DNA of 64,000 nt, from the NCBI GenBank assembly GCA_951406725.2, contig OX597814.1, forward strand, positions 19,406,001 through 19,470,000. The letters are read 5' to 3'. Both the position numbers and the translations under genes were made by a program. The DNA is from Octopus vulgaris (Eukaryota). How positions within the stretch are numbered: position 1 is the first letter of the stretch; each line of letters opens with the position of its first letter. The notes under the pieces were generated by a model. It ran no database searches. It worked only from the letters and a program-made list of their open reading frames with translations, and was not told the DNA's origin. Of the stretch, positions 26,418-40,076 are shown in pieces.

Positions 26418-26713
26418 AGGCGTGGTTCAGTGATTAGAACATTCGGCTCTTGCTCGTAAGGTTGTAAGTTCGATTCTCAGCGTGGCTTTGTGTCCTTGAG
26501 CAAGACACTTTATTTTACGTTGCTCCTGTCCACTCAGTTGCCAAATATGAGTAGTACCTGTATTTCAAAGGGCCAGCCTTGTCACACTCTGTGTCACGCT
26601 GAAACTCCCTGAGTACTACGTTAAGGGTACACGTATCTGTGGAGTGCTCAGCCACTTGCACGTTAATTTCACGAGCAATCTGGGACCCTCGGCGTCGCAA
26701 CCGACCGAGTGCT
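26418..26713 (+). mobile_element. SINE-D head/core joined to the SINE-C-type tail
   Basis: gtgtccttgagcaagacactt core followed by gtacctgtatttcaaagggcc...cgcaaccgac. Confidence 0.8.
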
Positions 26714-26727
26714 ATATATAATATATA

Positions 26728-26938
26728 CTCTTTTACTTATTTCCCTCATTTAACTGCGGCTATGCTGGAGCACCGCCTTTAGTCGAGAAAATCGACCCCA
26801 GGACTTATTCTTTGTAAGCCTAGTACTTATTCTATTGGTCTGTTTTGCCGAACCGCTAAGTTACGGGGACGTAACGCAACTACATCGGTTGTCAGGCGAT
26901 GTTGGGGGTTCAAACACAGACACATAAACGTATACACG

Positions 26939-27003
<65 letters not shown>

Positions 27004-27157
27004 CTGGCATTCAATTGGCGTATCAAGTTTCGGGCATTTTGATTGGGTTTTGGATAGAAAATTCACAAAAAAGTCACTTCTATTGATTTTTTAATGGCTT
27101 TGCGGGGTGACTGGGGAAATGTAAAGATGTGCACGACCATGCTTGGACGGTTTTGAA

Positions 27158-27208
<51 letters not shown>

Positions 27209-27374
27209 TACGACGGGCTTCTTTCAGTTTACCTCTACCAAATCCACTCACAAGGCTTTGGTCGGCCCGAAGATATAGTAGACGGCAATCGCCCAAAGTG
27301 CCACGCAGTGGGACTGAACCCGGAACCATGTGGTTGGTACGCAAGATACTTACCACACAACCACTCCTACGCCT
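26728..27374 (-). mobile_element. SINE-B with a Helitron fragment (27001-27160) inside its internal (TA)n
   Basis: The two SINE halves flank a ~160-bp near copy of about 27534-27692. Confidence 0.85.
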
Positions 27375-27414
27375 ATATATGTAATATGCTTATACATGTT
27401 CCTTTATATATACA

Positions 27415-27782
27415 CTACCACTATGACCCGGCAACGCCGAGTCATAGTGCTAGTGCATGCATATACACCTGCGTGCGTGCGTGCGCACATACACGCGAGT
27501 ACTGTCCAAATCTCCGACCAATCACATACAGCTAGCTGGCATTCAATTGGCGTATCAAGTTTCGGGCATTTTGATTGGGTTTTGGCTAGAAAATTCACAA
27601 AAAAATCACTTCAATTGATTTTTTAATGGCTTTGCGGGGTGACTGGGGAAATGTAAAGATGTGCACGACCATGCTTGGACGGTTTTGAATGACCATAGAA
27701 AGTGCAAGCCCTCTAACTGAAAATTTGTGGATTTGTATAAAGGACACACAGACAGACATTTTGCCGTTTATATATAGAGAGA
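27415..27782 (-). mobile_element. Non-autonomous Helitron with a long terminal hairpin
   Basis: Minus strand starts A|TCTCTCTATATATAAACGGC, like 6855. The 3' hairpin cactatgac(t/c)cggc...gccg(g/a)gtcatagtg ends GTAG|T. Confidence 0.75.
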
Positions 27783-28168
27783 TTATATATATAAGACATA
27801 TAGTTATATGCATGTATTAATATGTATGTGTTTTTGAGTAGGATGGTATGACTATGTATATATATTTTACTGGGTGTAAGTGATTGAAGATATCTTGTGT
27901 ATATTAATGTGTATCACATAAACGTTGTACCCACATGAACTCAGCATATAAGTCTAACATTTGATGATGAGGATGATGATGATGATCGTGGTAGGTTTTT
28001 TTGTGTATGTGTGTGTTGTTGTTGGCTAGTAATGATAATGGAGAAGATAACGATGATGGCGGAAAGTGTTATGATACGGTGAGAATGATGGTAGCATCCT
28101 TAAGGTTCTTTATGTTATGTAGTTTGAAGACGATGATTTGATGATGATGCTGATAATGATGATTTTGC

Positions 28169-28206
<38 letters not shown>

Positions 28207-28679
28207 GGTGACGGTAGTGGTGGTGGTGATAGTACTGGTGATGTGATAGTGACAGTGGTTGTGGTGATGGAGAAGAAATAGGAGAGGAAAGAATAACACG
28301 AAAAGAAGAAGTATGATGTAGTAGTGATGGTGGTGATGGTGGTGATGGTGGTGGTGGTGGTGGTGGTGGTGGTGGTGTAGGAGAATGATGTGAAGGAGAC
28401 GGAGGTGGCGATGGAGGAGAGGAAAGGCAAAGTGACAAAGACGCGCTTAATGATAGATATGAGTTTTATAATAGAATCTCTTGTATACGATATATCAATA
28501 TGAATTATTCACGGAGAAAAGAACAATGCCCTGCCGTCCCTACTATACTGATGAGGCTGACGTGGCAGAACATCTTTAATTCGATCTCAATACGAAAAAT
28601 ATGAAAGAAAATTAACGCGTCTGTTTTTTGCAAGCGCTCAAATCTAAGGCGGTACTGAATAACTCGACGTCTTGTTAGA

Positions 28680-29011
28680 CTTCGGAGACCCCTTCGGTCA
28701 CGACACAAACCATGGGATTGCACCTAGAAAGTTACCCTAGACACAAGTTCGGGCGAGGTTGTTTATGGAAGACCAGCAGTCGCCCATGCATACCGGCCTC
28801 CCCTCTCCACGCCACCAGTGTTATCCAAGGGAAAGACAAAGGTCGATACAGCTTGGCACCAGTGACGTCGCAACTCATTTCTACAGCTGAGTGAATTGGA
28901 GCAACGCGAAATAAAGTGCCTTGCTCAAGAACACAACACGCAGCCCGGTCCGGGATTCGAGCTCACAACCTCACGATCGTAAGCTCGACGCTCTAACCAC
29001 TGAGCCATGCA
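28680..29011 (-). mobile_element. SINE-D (head GCATGGCTCAGTGGTTAGAGCGTCGAGC)
   Basis: tRNA-like A/B boxes; second copy at 49870-50163. Confidence 0.85.
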
Positions 29012-29269
29012 TCCAATTAGAATTATACTAGAATACTACCAGTTTTTGTTCTCAATGTCTCTGGAGAAAAAAGACAAAATGTACTCAAGTATGATATGGA
29101 TTCAGCCGGGAAAATATTGTCGGAGAATCGTTTAGTTCTATGAAATTACTAATAATGTCTAATCTGAAAAAAAAAAGTATTAATAAATGAATGTAACATT
29201 TGAATATAATGTTCTATGTATAGGTCTTCCTTGAATAGATGGGTTGATATATATTGTTTAATTTGTTTA

Positions 29270-29460
29270 TTTGTTTCAGCCATTTTGATTGCGGCCTACT
29301 GGAGCACCGCCTTTAGTCGAGCAATTCGTCCCCAGGACTTATTCTTTGTAAGCCTAGTACTTATTTTATCGGTCCCTTTTGCCGAACCGCTAACTTATAG
29401 GGATAAATGCACCAGCATTGGTTGTCAAGCGATGGTGTTGCGGGGACAAACACAGACACA
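29270..29460 (-). mobile_element. SINE-B 3' half
   Basis: ggagcaccgcctttagtcgagcaa...ttttgccgaaccgctaa. Confidence 0.8.
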
Positions 29461-29687
29461 CAAACATACACACACACACATACACAAACATACACACACA
29501 CGCACACACATACACACACACACACACACGACGTTTGGAGCATAGTTCTTCGCCAGAAAGGATAAAGAGAGAAATCGAAGGAAGGATAAGAAATCGCCAA
29601 AAGCACGTATGTAGTTTTATTGAAATGACCAGTAGAAAGAGAGAGAGAAAGTATTTTTTGGAGGATATGAGAGTGCAAAGATAACTC

Positions 29688-29729
<42 letters not shown>

Positions 29730-29813
29730 CCAAAGCATATTAAACAATTTGAAGGTGTAACATAATATGCATCGGGTGCTCTTTTGAAACACGGGTAGTA
29801 CATAACTACCAGT

Positions 29814-29879
<66 letters not shown>

Positions 29880-29926
29880 TGGTCATTTCATTATATTTTA
29901 TTTATATATTATTATTATTATTATTA

Positions 29927-29996
<70 letters not shown>

Positions 29997-30013
29997 CATT
30001 ATTATTATTATTG

Positions 30014-30754
30014 ATTGAGAGAGCAGTGCACGACATGGTGAACTCATATCAAGATAAACAGCACATGACCTTGCAGATGGGAGCCCAGTTAGAATTTTCT
30101 TCTGGTCGAGTAACCCATCTCGCCTAAAAGGTCCCTTAATAAGGGTTGTTTAAGGATGTTGAACGAAGCACCCACGTTTCCAGAGGTGACTTATTCAAAC
30201 CCCAAAGAATCCCTCTTAACACATGGCTATGATGCTTCCCTACTACTTCTTCTCATGATCAGAGATGCACATATCGTCAGCCACTAAGGGACATGCTCAA
30301 CTCGTTAAGGTCAAACAACTGACAAGCAAATCTGTGGTATTGAGCAGATATTTGCTGTAGCCCATCTTTTATACCAAGACAAAATAATGTACATGATAAC
30401 ACTTCCAATCAGTTAAGATCACGAGCAGAAGTAGTGGGGGAGCATCATAGCCATGTGTTGAGAAGGATTCTTTGGGGTTTGAATAATTCACCTCTGGAAA
30501 CGTGGGTGTTTCGTTCATCATCCTTAAACAACCCTTATTCAGGGAGCTTTTGAGTGGGATGGGTTACTCGACCAGAAGAAAATTCTAACTGGACTCCACC
30601 TGCAAGGTCATGTGCTGTTTATCTTAATATGAAATCACCATATCACACACATATGGTTGTGATGCATGTGCCTAGTGTACCATTATCAAACGTGTAGTCA
30701 TGATGGTTATACTGGGCTCTGTATATTTTACCTCTCTGTCACTTTGATGCACTG

Positions 30755-30783
<29 letters not shown>
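30014..30783. mobile_element. Two inverted partial copies of the 20469 element, joined at GATCA
   Basis: 30014-30420 has the same orientation as 20469; 30417-30783 is inverted. Flanks are (TTA)n and (TAA)n. Confidence 0.85.
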
Positions 30784-30828
<45 letters not shown>

Positions 30829-31285
30829 TATATATAAATAAATAAATGAAAATAGAATAATATGACCAACCCGAAATACAACAATATACAGGCGCACACT
30901 CACACACACACATTTATATACGCGCGTGTGTGTGTGTATGGTATGTATCGTTGATAAAATGTAATCTATATCTGCATATTCGTAGTCAGTTTGTCTCTGT
31001 ATCTATGTATCTGTCTCTCCTTGTTTTATTTCGTACTGTTTAGCACTACACTCGCTCATACATACATACATACATACATACATACATACATACATACATG
31101 CATACATACACGCACACATACATGCATACATCCTCACGCGTGCGGCCCGCAATCACACGCGCACACATTTCCTAATTACTTCCCGCTTTACCGTATTCGA
31201 TATTCTCTTTTACGTGTTCATTCCCTAAATATACAATTCCTACGACCAGACACTAATCTCGAGCTTTGCTAATACCTACTATACT

Positions 31286-31706
31286 TATTTCTTTACTACC
31301 CACAAGGGGCTAAACACCAGAGAGGACAAACAAGGACAGACAAACGGATTAAGTCGATTATATCGAATCCAGTGCGTAACTGGTACTTATTTAATCGACC
31401 TCGAAAGGATGAAACGCAAAGTCGACCTCGGCGGAATTTGAACGCAGAACGTAGCGGCAGACGAAATACCTATTTCTTTACTGCCCACAAGGGGCTACAC
31501 ACAGAGGGGTCGAACAAGGACAGAGAAACGGATTAAGTCGATTACATCAATCCCAGTGCGTAACTGGTACTTAATTCATCGACCCCGAAAGGATGAAAGG
31601 CAAAGTCGACCTCGGCGGAATTCGAACTCAGAACGTAACGGCAGACAAAATACGGCTACGCATTTCGCCCGGCGTTGCTAACGTTTCTGCCAGCTCGCGC
31701 CGCCTT
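31286..31706 (-). mobile_element. SINE-A dimer
   Basis: Two tails and one head; tactatact on both flanks. Confidence 0.9.
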
Positions 31707-32539
31707 TTATACCTTACTATACTAGTTTTAGTAAAATATCGTAATTTCATCCTTTAGCTCTTTTATCCAGCGATTAATTTTCTGTCAGCGTTTATAAATA
31801 TCGCGAAGACGACTTCAGTAAAAATATATTCCATCTATATTTATAAAAAAAATGTGCTATATTACATAACAATTTCATTAGGCATTGTTTTAGTGCGTGG
31901 ATTTTGTTTGAGGACAATATATAATATCAAACTCTTCAAATGCACCTGTTTTAAGCATTAACATGTCCATGTTCACTTCATCTTTCTTATAAACATTGCG
32001 CAGTTTGTTGTCGATTGGCTTGCTTCCCTTAATTTTTCTTTTCCTTTTAGACGTCGTTGTTTTTAATTTGATATTTATTACTCTTGCTACTGTTGCTGTT
32101 GTTGTTGTTGGTGGTGGTGTTGTTTTATCCATGTTGATGCTGCTGTTGCTCTTTTCGATGTTGTTGTTGTTGTTTCCTCGAAGTTGAAACAAAAATGCAT
32201 TAACATTTAATGAAATTCTGCATAAAATATATTGTATTCATATTTTTATTTCGCCACATCTCTTTTTAAAACAATCTATATATATTCTTTTGTATTTGTG
32301 AAACATTTTTCTTTCTTCAGGCATTTTGTATCTATTTCAGTATCGTTTCACCTTTATATATTTCTGTCATTCTTTCTCTCCGTTCCTGTCACTCGTTCGC
32401 TTTATGTGTATCTTTATCTCTACCTCTTTATATATTTCCCTTCTATCTTTCACCCTTTCTCTCTAGTATTCTCCAATTTTTATTGCACCTGTAGCATTTT
32501 CATTTTAATCGCTTTATATTGTTGACTTTATATGACAAT

Positions 32540-33650
32540 CTACAACTACAACTTTTCATAGATGAACGGTGTAGAGAACTTATGTTCAAAGCAGTATCTG
32601 CACATAACTAAGTAGGGGAATACACACACAAAACAAAAGACGTCAAGATTGGAACTTATTACAAGAGTAGCCTCTAGTCTATAGTTTTCAAATAAACAAA
32701 TAACAAGCCAGTCCTGCCCAAAAAATATTACAAAAGTTAAAAAATGTGGTCGACCAATTTGCGCTACATGTCCAAACCTAGAAGGATCAGAATTTCTTTT
32801 CAAAGAGGGACAAAAATCCAAACTCAAATCTGACTTTACTTGTGCTTCAGAAAACCTGAATTATATTATAAGATGCCCGGGCTGCCACCTAAACTACATA
32901 GGGTCCATGGGATTATCGCTCAGACGCAGATGCACTCTGCACCGACAGCAGGTTGTATTCCCAGAATATAGAATGATACCCTTTAGTGAACATAGTGAGA
33001 AATGCGCAAAGCAACTACTACCACAATTTTTAATCTTCCATTTTATCAATGTGACATTGGAACACCAACACAAGTTATATTAAATAAGGAAACCTTCTTC
33101 ATAGAAAAATATAAGCCAAAACTTAACCAGTATTCCCAGAATATAGGATGATACCCTTTAGTGAACATAGTGAGAAATGCGCAAAGCAACTACTACCATA
33201 ATTTTTAATCTTCCATTTTATCAATGTGATATTGAAACACCAACACAAGTTATATTAAATAAGGAAACCTTCTTCATAGAAAAATATAAGCCAAAACTTA
33301 ACCATTTCTAATATTATTAAATAAGGGTACTCACCTCATTGAAAAAAAATATAAAGCAAAATCTAACCAGTTGTAACACTCTATTCCTTCTAAACCAAAT
33401 CATGTTAAATTAATAAAACCTAGTCATCCCCAACATTTATCTCCCTTAAGCCAGAAAAAATCCCTGATTATTTTCCCTTTTCTGGAACTCCATATTTCAC
33501 AACATAGCGAAGACATAACACAATATAGGTAAAGAAATTTGAGAAATTTGAAATTTGAAATTACGAAACCGGTTACTTATTCAAAATCACTGCTACTATA
33601 CGCAAATAGTTATAAACTTTTTCTAACATAACGATTTAAATATATTCTTT
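32540..33650 (+). mobile_element. Penelope-like element 3' part: GIY-YIG endonuclease pseudogene plus terminal repeat
   Basis: KCGRPICATC...NLNYIIRCPGCHLNYIGSMGLSLRRRCTLHRQQ...SEH..KC...ETFFIEKYKPKLN with frameshifts. 175-bp tandem duplication at 32955/33130. Decayed hammerhead ataggt...GAAACCGGTT-acttat at 33525-33580. Confidence 0.85.
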
Positions 33651-33755
33651 AACCATATAACACAAGCCTTCTGTAGTTTTTCACTCTATTTTGTCTTTTA
33701 TTCATCCAACAACGTGCTTTCACATACCAACTCTGTCGCCTATACATACACACAG

Positions 33756-33813
<58 letters not shown>

Positions 33814-34004
33814 ATATATATACATACATGCATGCGTACGCATGTATGTAATACGATTCAACAAGAAGGCTTTCGCTAGCAGGAATATTAATGTCGATCA
33901 AATGCTTTCGCATTTCAAATATCAGGATTCTATTATTTTCTCCTTACCTGGTGCGAATCAGCCATAAGAATTGTACCTCATCAAAATTGTGCTTTATTTC
34001 GTTA

Positions 34005-34074
<70 letters not shown>

Positions 34075-34798
34075 TGTTGTAGTAGTAGTAGTAAACCACC
34101 TTTTCCAAAATAAACTGCTAAGTACACGCTATTGTTGCTGTAGAAGATTATTATGATTAAGATGGTGGTAGTGGTGGTGGGGCGAATGTGGCGATTAGAA
34201 GGACGATGATAATGATGAGGATGTTTAAAACTTGTATATCTGACAAAGAGCCGCAGCCTGAAGTATCGGTAATTTTATCTGTTATCTTTTACTTGTTTCA
34301 GCAATGGATTTTAATCAAACGAATCGACACAAGTACTTATCTTTTTTTAAAACTTGTTACTTATTTTATCGGTAACTTACGGGGATGTAAACATATCAAC
34401 ACCGGTTGTCAAACTTTCGTAGGAGACAAACACAAGCACGATTTCTGTATTCGCACATCACTTATCATTTTAGTTACAGAGGGAATGGACTCCCATTATT
34501 TTTCTCGGCTTCGAAGGCTGGTGCGAGAGAAGAAGGGTGCAATTTATTCTGAAACCGAAGTCCTAGGTCAAAACCTTGCAACAGAGTGGACTCTGATAGA
34601 CGGAAACAAACACCTTGTGGTGGGGGTAAAGTGAGTAATGGGTAAGTATTGTTGTGGCTACACACCTCCTAAAAAAATGGGGAATAGGACTGTGTATATA
34701 AAAAAAATACTGTCCTAAAATTCAGAACGCATGAGGCCGGAACAAATACGGCAATTATTGCTAAATCAGAACCATCGTCTAGTACTATATTTTGTCAA

Positions 34799-35393
34799 GG
34801 CGGCGAGCTCGCAGAATCGTTAGCACGCCGGGCGAAATGCTTAGCGGTACTTCGTTTGCCGTTACGTTCTGAGTTCAAATTCCACCGAGGTCGACTTTAC
34901 CTTTCATCCGTTCTGGGTCGATAAATAAAGTACCAGTGACGCACTGAGGTCGATGCAATCAACTTATTCCGTTTGTCTGTCCTTGTTTGTCCCCTCTATG
35001 TTTAGGCCCTTGTGGGCAATAAAGAAATAAGTATTTCATCTGCCGCTACATTCTGAGTTCGAATTCCGCCAAGGTGGACTTTGCATTTCATCCTTTCGGG
35101 GTCGATTAAATAAGTACCTGTTACGCACTGGGGTTGATATAATCGACTTAATCCGTTTGTCTGTCCTTGTTTGTCCTCTCTATATTTAGCCCCTTGTGGG
35201 TTGTAAAGAAATAGGTATTTCGTCTGCCGCTACGTTCTGAGTTCAAATTTCGCCGAGGTCGACTTTGGTTTTCATCCTTTCGGGGTCGATTAAATAAGTA
35301 CCAGTTATGCACTAGGGTCGATGTAATCGTCTTAATCCCTATGTCTATCCTTGTTTGTCCCTTCTATGTTTAGCTCCTCGTGGGCAATAAAGA
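34799..35393 (+). mobile_element. SINE-A trimer
   Basis: One head and three body+tail units joined at aaata(a/g)|gtatttc. Confidence 0.9.
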
Positions 35394-37039
35394 ATTATAT
35401 ATGTTATCAATCCTGGATGGAATAAAAGAAATATATTGATTTGAGCGGTGTTTGAACTTCAGGCGATGAATACCGGAACAAATATCTCGAAGTATTTTGT
35501 CTACTAAATCTAATTGCTCTGCCATTTATACTAACATTACATATATTTGTTTATTTTTTTAAATTGCCACTTTATTTCCTTTGGTTGATTGATGCCAGAC
35601 TGAAACATACCGTTGATACACCATCGCCACTACCACGGCTACCACCACCACCGGCCCTGGATTTTAACTTGTTATATTGGCTATTGCTTTCTGTATGATT
35701 ATCGTTGACGATACCATCACTATCACCATCATCATAAGCAACAACAGCAGCAGCGGTCCAAGAATTTGGACTTGGAGATCTCTATTTCCAGCGACTTCGA
35801 GGGCCACCTCCCAGTGGTGTCAGGCGTCAACGAAGAACCCTCGACTACAACAAGACTACCAAAGTTTTTTTTTCCAACGTCTGGGGTCTCCCGCCCCTTA
35901 GCCCTAGACCATCACCTAATCACCCTTACCAGTTTTGTTGCTTAAAAAGAAAAAAATATGCAACAGCAGTAAACATCACCACTACTACCACCGCCGCCGC
36001 CACCCCCATCATCAACATCCTCATCATCATTATCAAACTCATCATCAGCATAATCATCGTCGTCGTAGCCATCATCATCATCATCATTATCATCATCGTC
36101 GTCGTCGTAAAGTTCAAACCACTTTTGAACAAATAAAATATTGATAGTGATGATAATGGTTAATGGTAGTGAGATAATGGTAATGACGACGATTACGATG
36201 ACGACGATGAATCATGATGATGACACCGACGACGACAACGACGATGAAGACGATGACCACCGCTGCATTGATGCATTTGTATTCCAAATTACATCCAAGC
36301 ATTGATGTAAAACGACGACTTGAATGTCAACAATTAAAACAAGAACCAAAATTCCAATATAGAAACAACACGATTTAGTCGATGATTATTCTTATTCTTG
36401 TGGTTATACTTATTATTGTCGCTGTTAATTTTTAATGTTTTCTATCCAACATTGTTCTTCTCCTTACTGTCATCGTGGTTGTTGTTATCGTTGTTGATGC
36501 TGTTCCTGATGTCGTTAAGTTACTTTCGTTGACGTACTTATTGTAGTTGTCCTTGAGGTTCTTTTCTTTCTCTTTTTTCTAAATTCTGTGGTTATATACT
36601 CGCTTCTTTGTATATGCAGTGATGATGCTGTGGTTCTTGCTGCTGTAGTCGTTGCTGCTATGTCTGTTTCTTGTTGTTTGTGATGGAGCTTTAGATGCGG
36701 TTGTTGTAGTTGTTGATGTTTTCTGCCATAAAGGCAGGTTTACATCAAACTGAAGCCCGGTCACGTTCTGGACAGCTCATCAGCGTCTTTTCCGATCACA
36801 TCTAATGTGGCAAGAGCGAACGATTACAAGGCTAAGCTCATTGAGGTTGAGGGCGGTAGAGGTTATGAATTTATTTTGTTTGTTAGTTTGTTTGTTCTTG
36901 TTATTTTCTGACATTAGCATACAAATCAAAAACCGAGGCCTTCCACTGTCCAATTGATCTTATAGATCTAGTGAGGCGAAGAGAATAAAAATAGAAATAG
37001 AAGAAAAAAATGAAAATAAAAGATATATATCCATGTGTG

Positions 37040-37264
37040 AGTTTGTATGCATGTATGTATATATGTGTGTATATATATACATGTATGTACATATGTATAT
37101 ATATATATATATACCTATATAGATACATTTATATGCATATATTTATACACACATAGATGTATATATATATATACATGCATTATGTATATGTGTGTGTATA
37201 TATATATATTTAGACATACATACACACTTTCACATACGTGTGCAATATATGCATATATATATTT

Positions 37265-37309
<45 letters not shown>

Positions 37310-37337
37310 TAGGTATATATAAATGTATATATATTTG

Positions 37338-37371
<34 letters not shown>

Positions 37372-37625
37372 CATACATACATAAATACATATATATATAC
37401 ATATATAAATACATACATATATACATATATATGCATATATACACACATATATATATACATATATATATATGCACACATATATACATATATATATGTACAT
37501 ACATACATACATAGATACATACATGCATACATACATACATACATACATACATACATACATACATACATACATACATACATACATACATACATGTGTGTGC
37601 TTGTATGAATGCATGTATGTATGTC
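37040..37625. repeat. (TA)/(GATA)/(TACA) microsatellite field
   Basis: Directly visible. Confidence 0.9.
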
Positions 37626-38377
37626 ATGAAATGAAATATTCCAGGTTCTGACCTCTGCTCGTTAGATTTACAATAGGATAAGTCCCCAACGCAAGATAAA
37701 AGCAACGACAGCAAATGGCAATACAAAGCATCGAATAGGTGGGTGGGTTCACAAAACCGTTCGGACATCAGACAAAATGCCTTGTCATATTTCTCCAGTA
37801 TCTTTACTCGCTGTGTTCAAATTTCTCTTATGTCAACTATTCTTGTTGTCTGCCTGGTGTGGGTGGAATAAGTATCAGTCAATTTGTACCGTCGAAATAA
37901 TAGTTTGCGTCCTCGCTAAAAATATCTGGCCTTGTGTCTGTGCAAGAAATTATTATTGCTTTGACTACTGACCTGTTTATGCGTACAGTAATTGTTGCTT
38001 GTTGGATATTTAGGGATTCGTTTTTTGTGCTATGAACTATGAAACCAGGAGGCTGTTAGTTTTTTGGGGGGCTCACAGAATCCACAGAAATTTTCTCTCT
38101 TCGAAAACATTTTTTCATATTATTGAAAGTGTTAATTTCGCCAGCTAACCAGAAAAAAGGAGGTCGGGCCGTAGAGGGTATCACACAAATACTCACCAAT
38201 ACCAAAAACAGCTTCTTGGGTCTAGCATTTTTCGTTCATACGCCAATGCAGGAAAAGACTGGTCGAACAATAACAACACATCAAGGAAATATAGCCACCA
38301 ACGTCGCCAACACTACTACCAACAATAATAACAAAAGCAATGTTTGAGAGCATGGAAATATTAACGACAACACTGTA

Positions 38378-38890
38378 CCTTAAATCCTCGAGTATAATCC
38401 GCATTTTTTTCCCCAAAATTTAAAGGTCAAAATCCCTAGTACGTACTATATACGAGGTTAAAAATGAAAATTATTTTCTAAGCAATGTCCGAGTCTCTAT
38501 TTGCTGTCCGGCAATGTTTATTCAGAGGCATTTTGTGATGTCGGGCGCGAAAATACCTTAAGCTAAGCCTGAAAGCAATGAAATCATAAAAGAATCATCC
38601 ATAACTTACAGTAAACAACATTTATTAAACATTATTACTGTTATTTCTTTATTTTCTGCAAACAAAATATACAAAAAAGCTACACGTTTGCATTATGTTA
38701 TATGTACAATAATAATGAAGGGTGTTACCTTATACATTTTTACAAACTAAGGACGTTATATAGACCTCCTTGACTCGAGTTAGAGAAGGGGTGCGTATTA
38801 TACACAAGGTTTAGGTTTTTCAGAGGTACAGCCCCCTAAAAATCCCCTGCATTTTATACTCAATGGCGGACGATAGTCAAGGATTTACGG
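38378..38890. mobile_element. Tc2/pogo-type non-autonomous DNA transposon
   Basis: TA TSD; highly similar to 9322-9833. Confidence 0.85.
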
Positions 38891-39660
38891 TAAATGAAAA
38901 AGGCAATAGTAATCACAACATGAAATTGATTTGCAGAAACAACACAAAAAAAAATTTAAGAAACAAGTACACCGCCACAGCTACTCTGATCGTTAAAATA
39001 GAAACGGTTAATAAAATTGCTTCTATCAGCAACGGCAGCAGCTCTTCCAACACTACAATTACCGTCATCATCACGACCAAATGCGACTCTCTTGCCTCCT
39101 ATGTTCACAACAATGTAACCACAAATATAAATGTGGGAATGTCTTTCGTTACGCCAATGCTAACGTGGGTTTACGAGTGTTTGAAAAAGAAGAAACACAT
39201 GTATACAAAAAAATTATTCAATGGGGCCCAAGCTGCTCGAACTGACGAGAGCAAGAAAATAGTTATACAAATAAGGTTCCTGAGGTATAGATATGTTAAT
39301 AAAGAAATATAGATATGTTAATAAAGAGACTGGATTTCCAGACAGCCCCAGCCAAGATTGAGCAAGAAATTGTATGCAGAAAGTGTGAGATTTTATATGT
39401 CAGATGAGAAAGGCAATAGAATATGATAGAGTGGCCTGAATGATTAGAGGAATATTAAGAGAGCCAGGTATCCCTACATATATGCTTCTCTGGGGAATAT
39501 TTATTTGTGCCGGTATATATGGGATAAGTGACTAAAATGAGTTTCAAAATGTTTCCACCAGAAATAAACGCTAAAAGTTCTACTATGACCTTCGAGTATG
39601 TAGAAGTAATCAGCACGAAATCTTCTCCATACAAAGTGATTTGTTAAGAATGTGTGTGAA

Positions 39661-40076
39661 GGCGGCGACCTGGCAGAAACATGAGCACGCCGGGCGAAAT
39701 GCGTAGCCGTATTTCGCCTGCCGTTACGTTCTGAGTTCAAATTCCGCCGAGGTCGACTTTGCCTTTCATCCTTTCGGGGTCGATTAAATAAGTACCAGTT
39801 ACGCACTGGGGTCGATATAATCGACTTAATCCGTTTGTCTCTCCTTGTTTGTCCTCTCTGTGTTTAGCCCCCTGTGGGTAGTAAAGAAATAGGTATTTCT
39901 TCTGCCGTTACGGTCTGAGTTCAAATTACGCCGAGGTCGACTTTGCTTTTCATCCTTTCGGGGCCGATAAATTAAGTACCAGTTACGCACTGGTGCCGAG
40001 GTAATCGACTTAATCCCAATGTCTGTCCTTACTTGTCTCCTCTATGTTTAGCCCCTTGCGGGCAATAAAGAAATAA
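39661..40076 (+). mobile_element. SINE-A dimer with TSD
   Basis: taagaat(g/a)tgtgtgaa on both sides. Confidence 0.9.

Noticed and set aside
28540-28575. CTGATGAG hammerhead half-site (also 25891 and 39242)
   Set aside because: No correctly placed GAAA with compatible stems.
38863-39312. 149-aa ORF
   Set aside because: Starts inside a MITE TIR and runs through low-complexity Thr/Asn/Ser-coding DNA.
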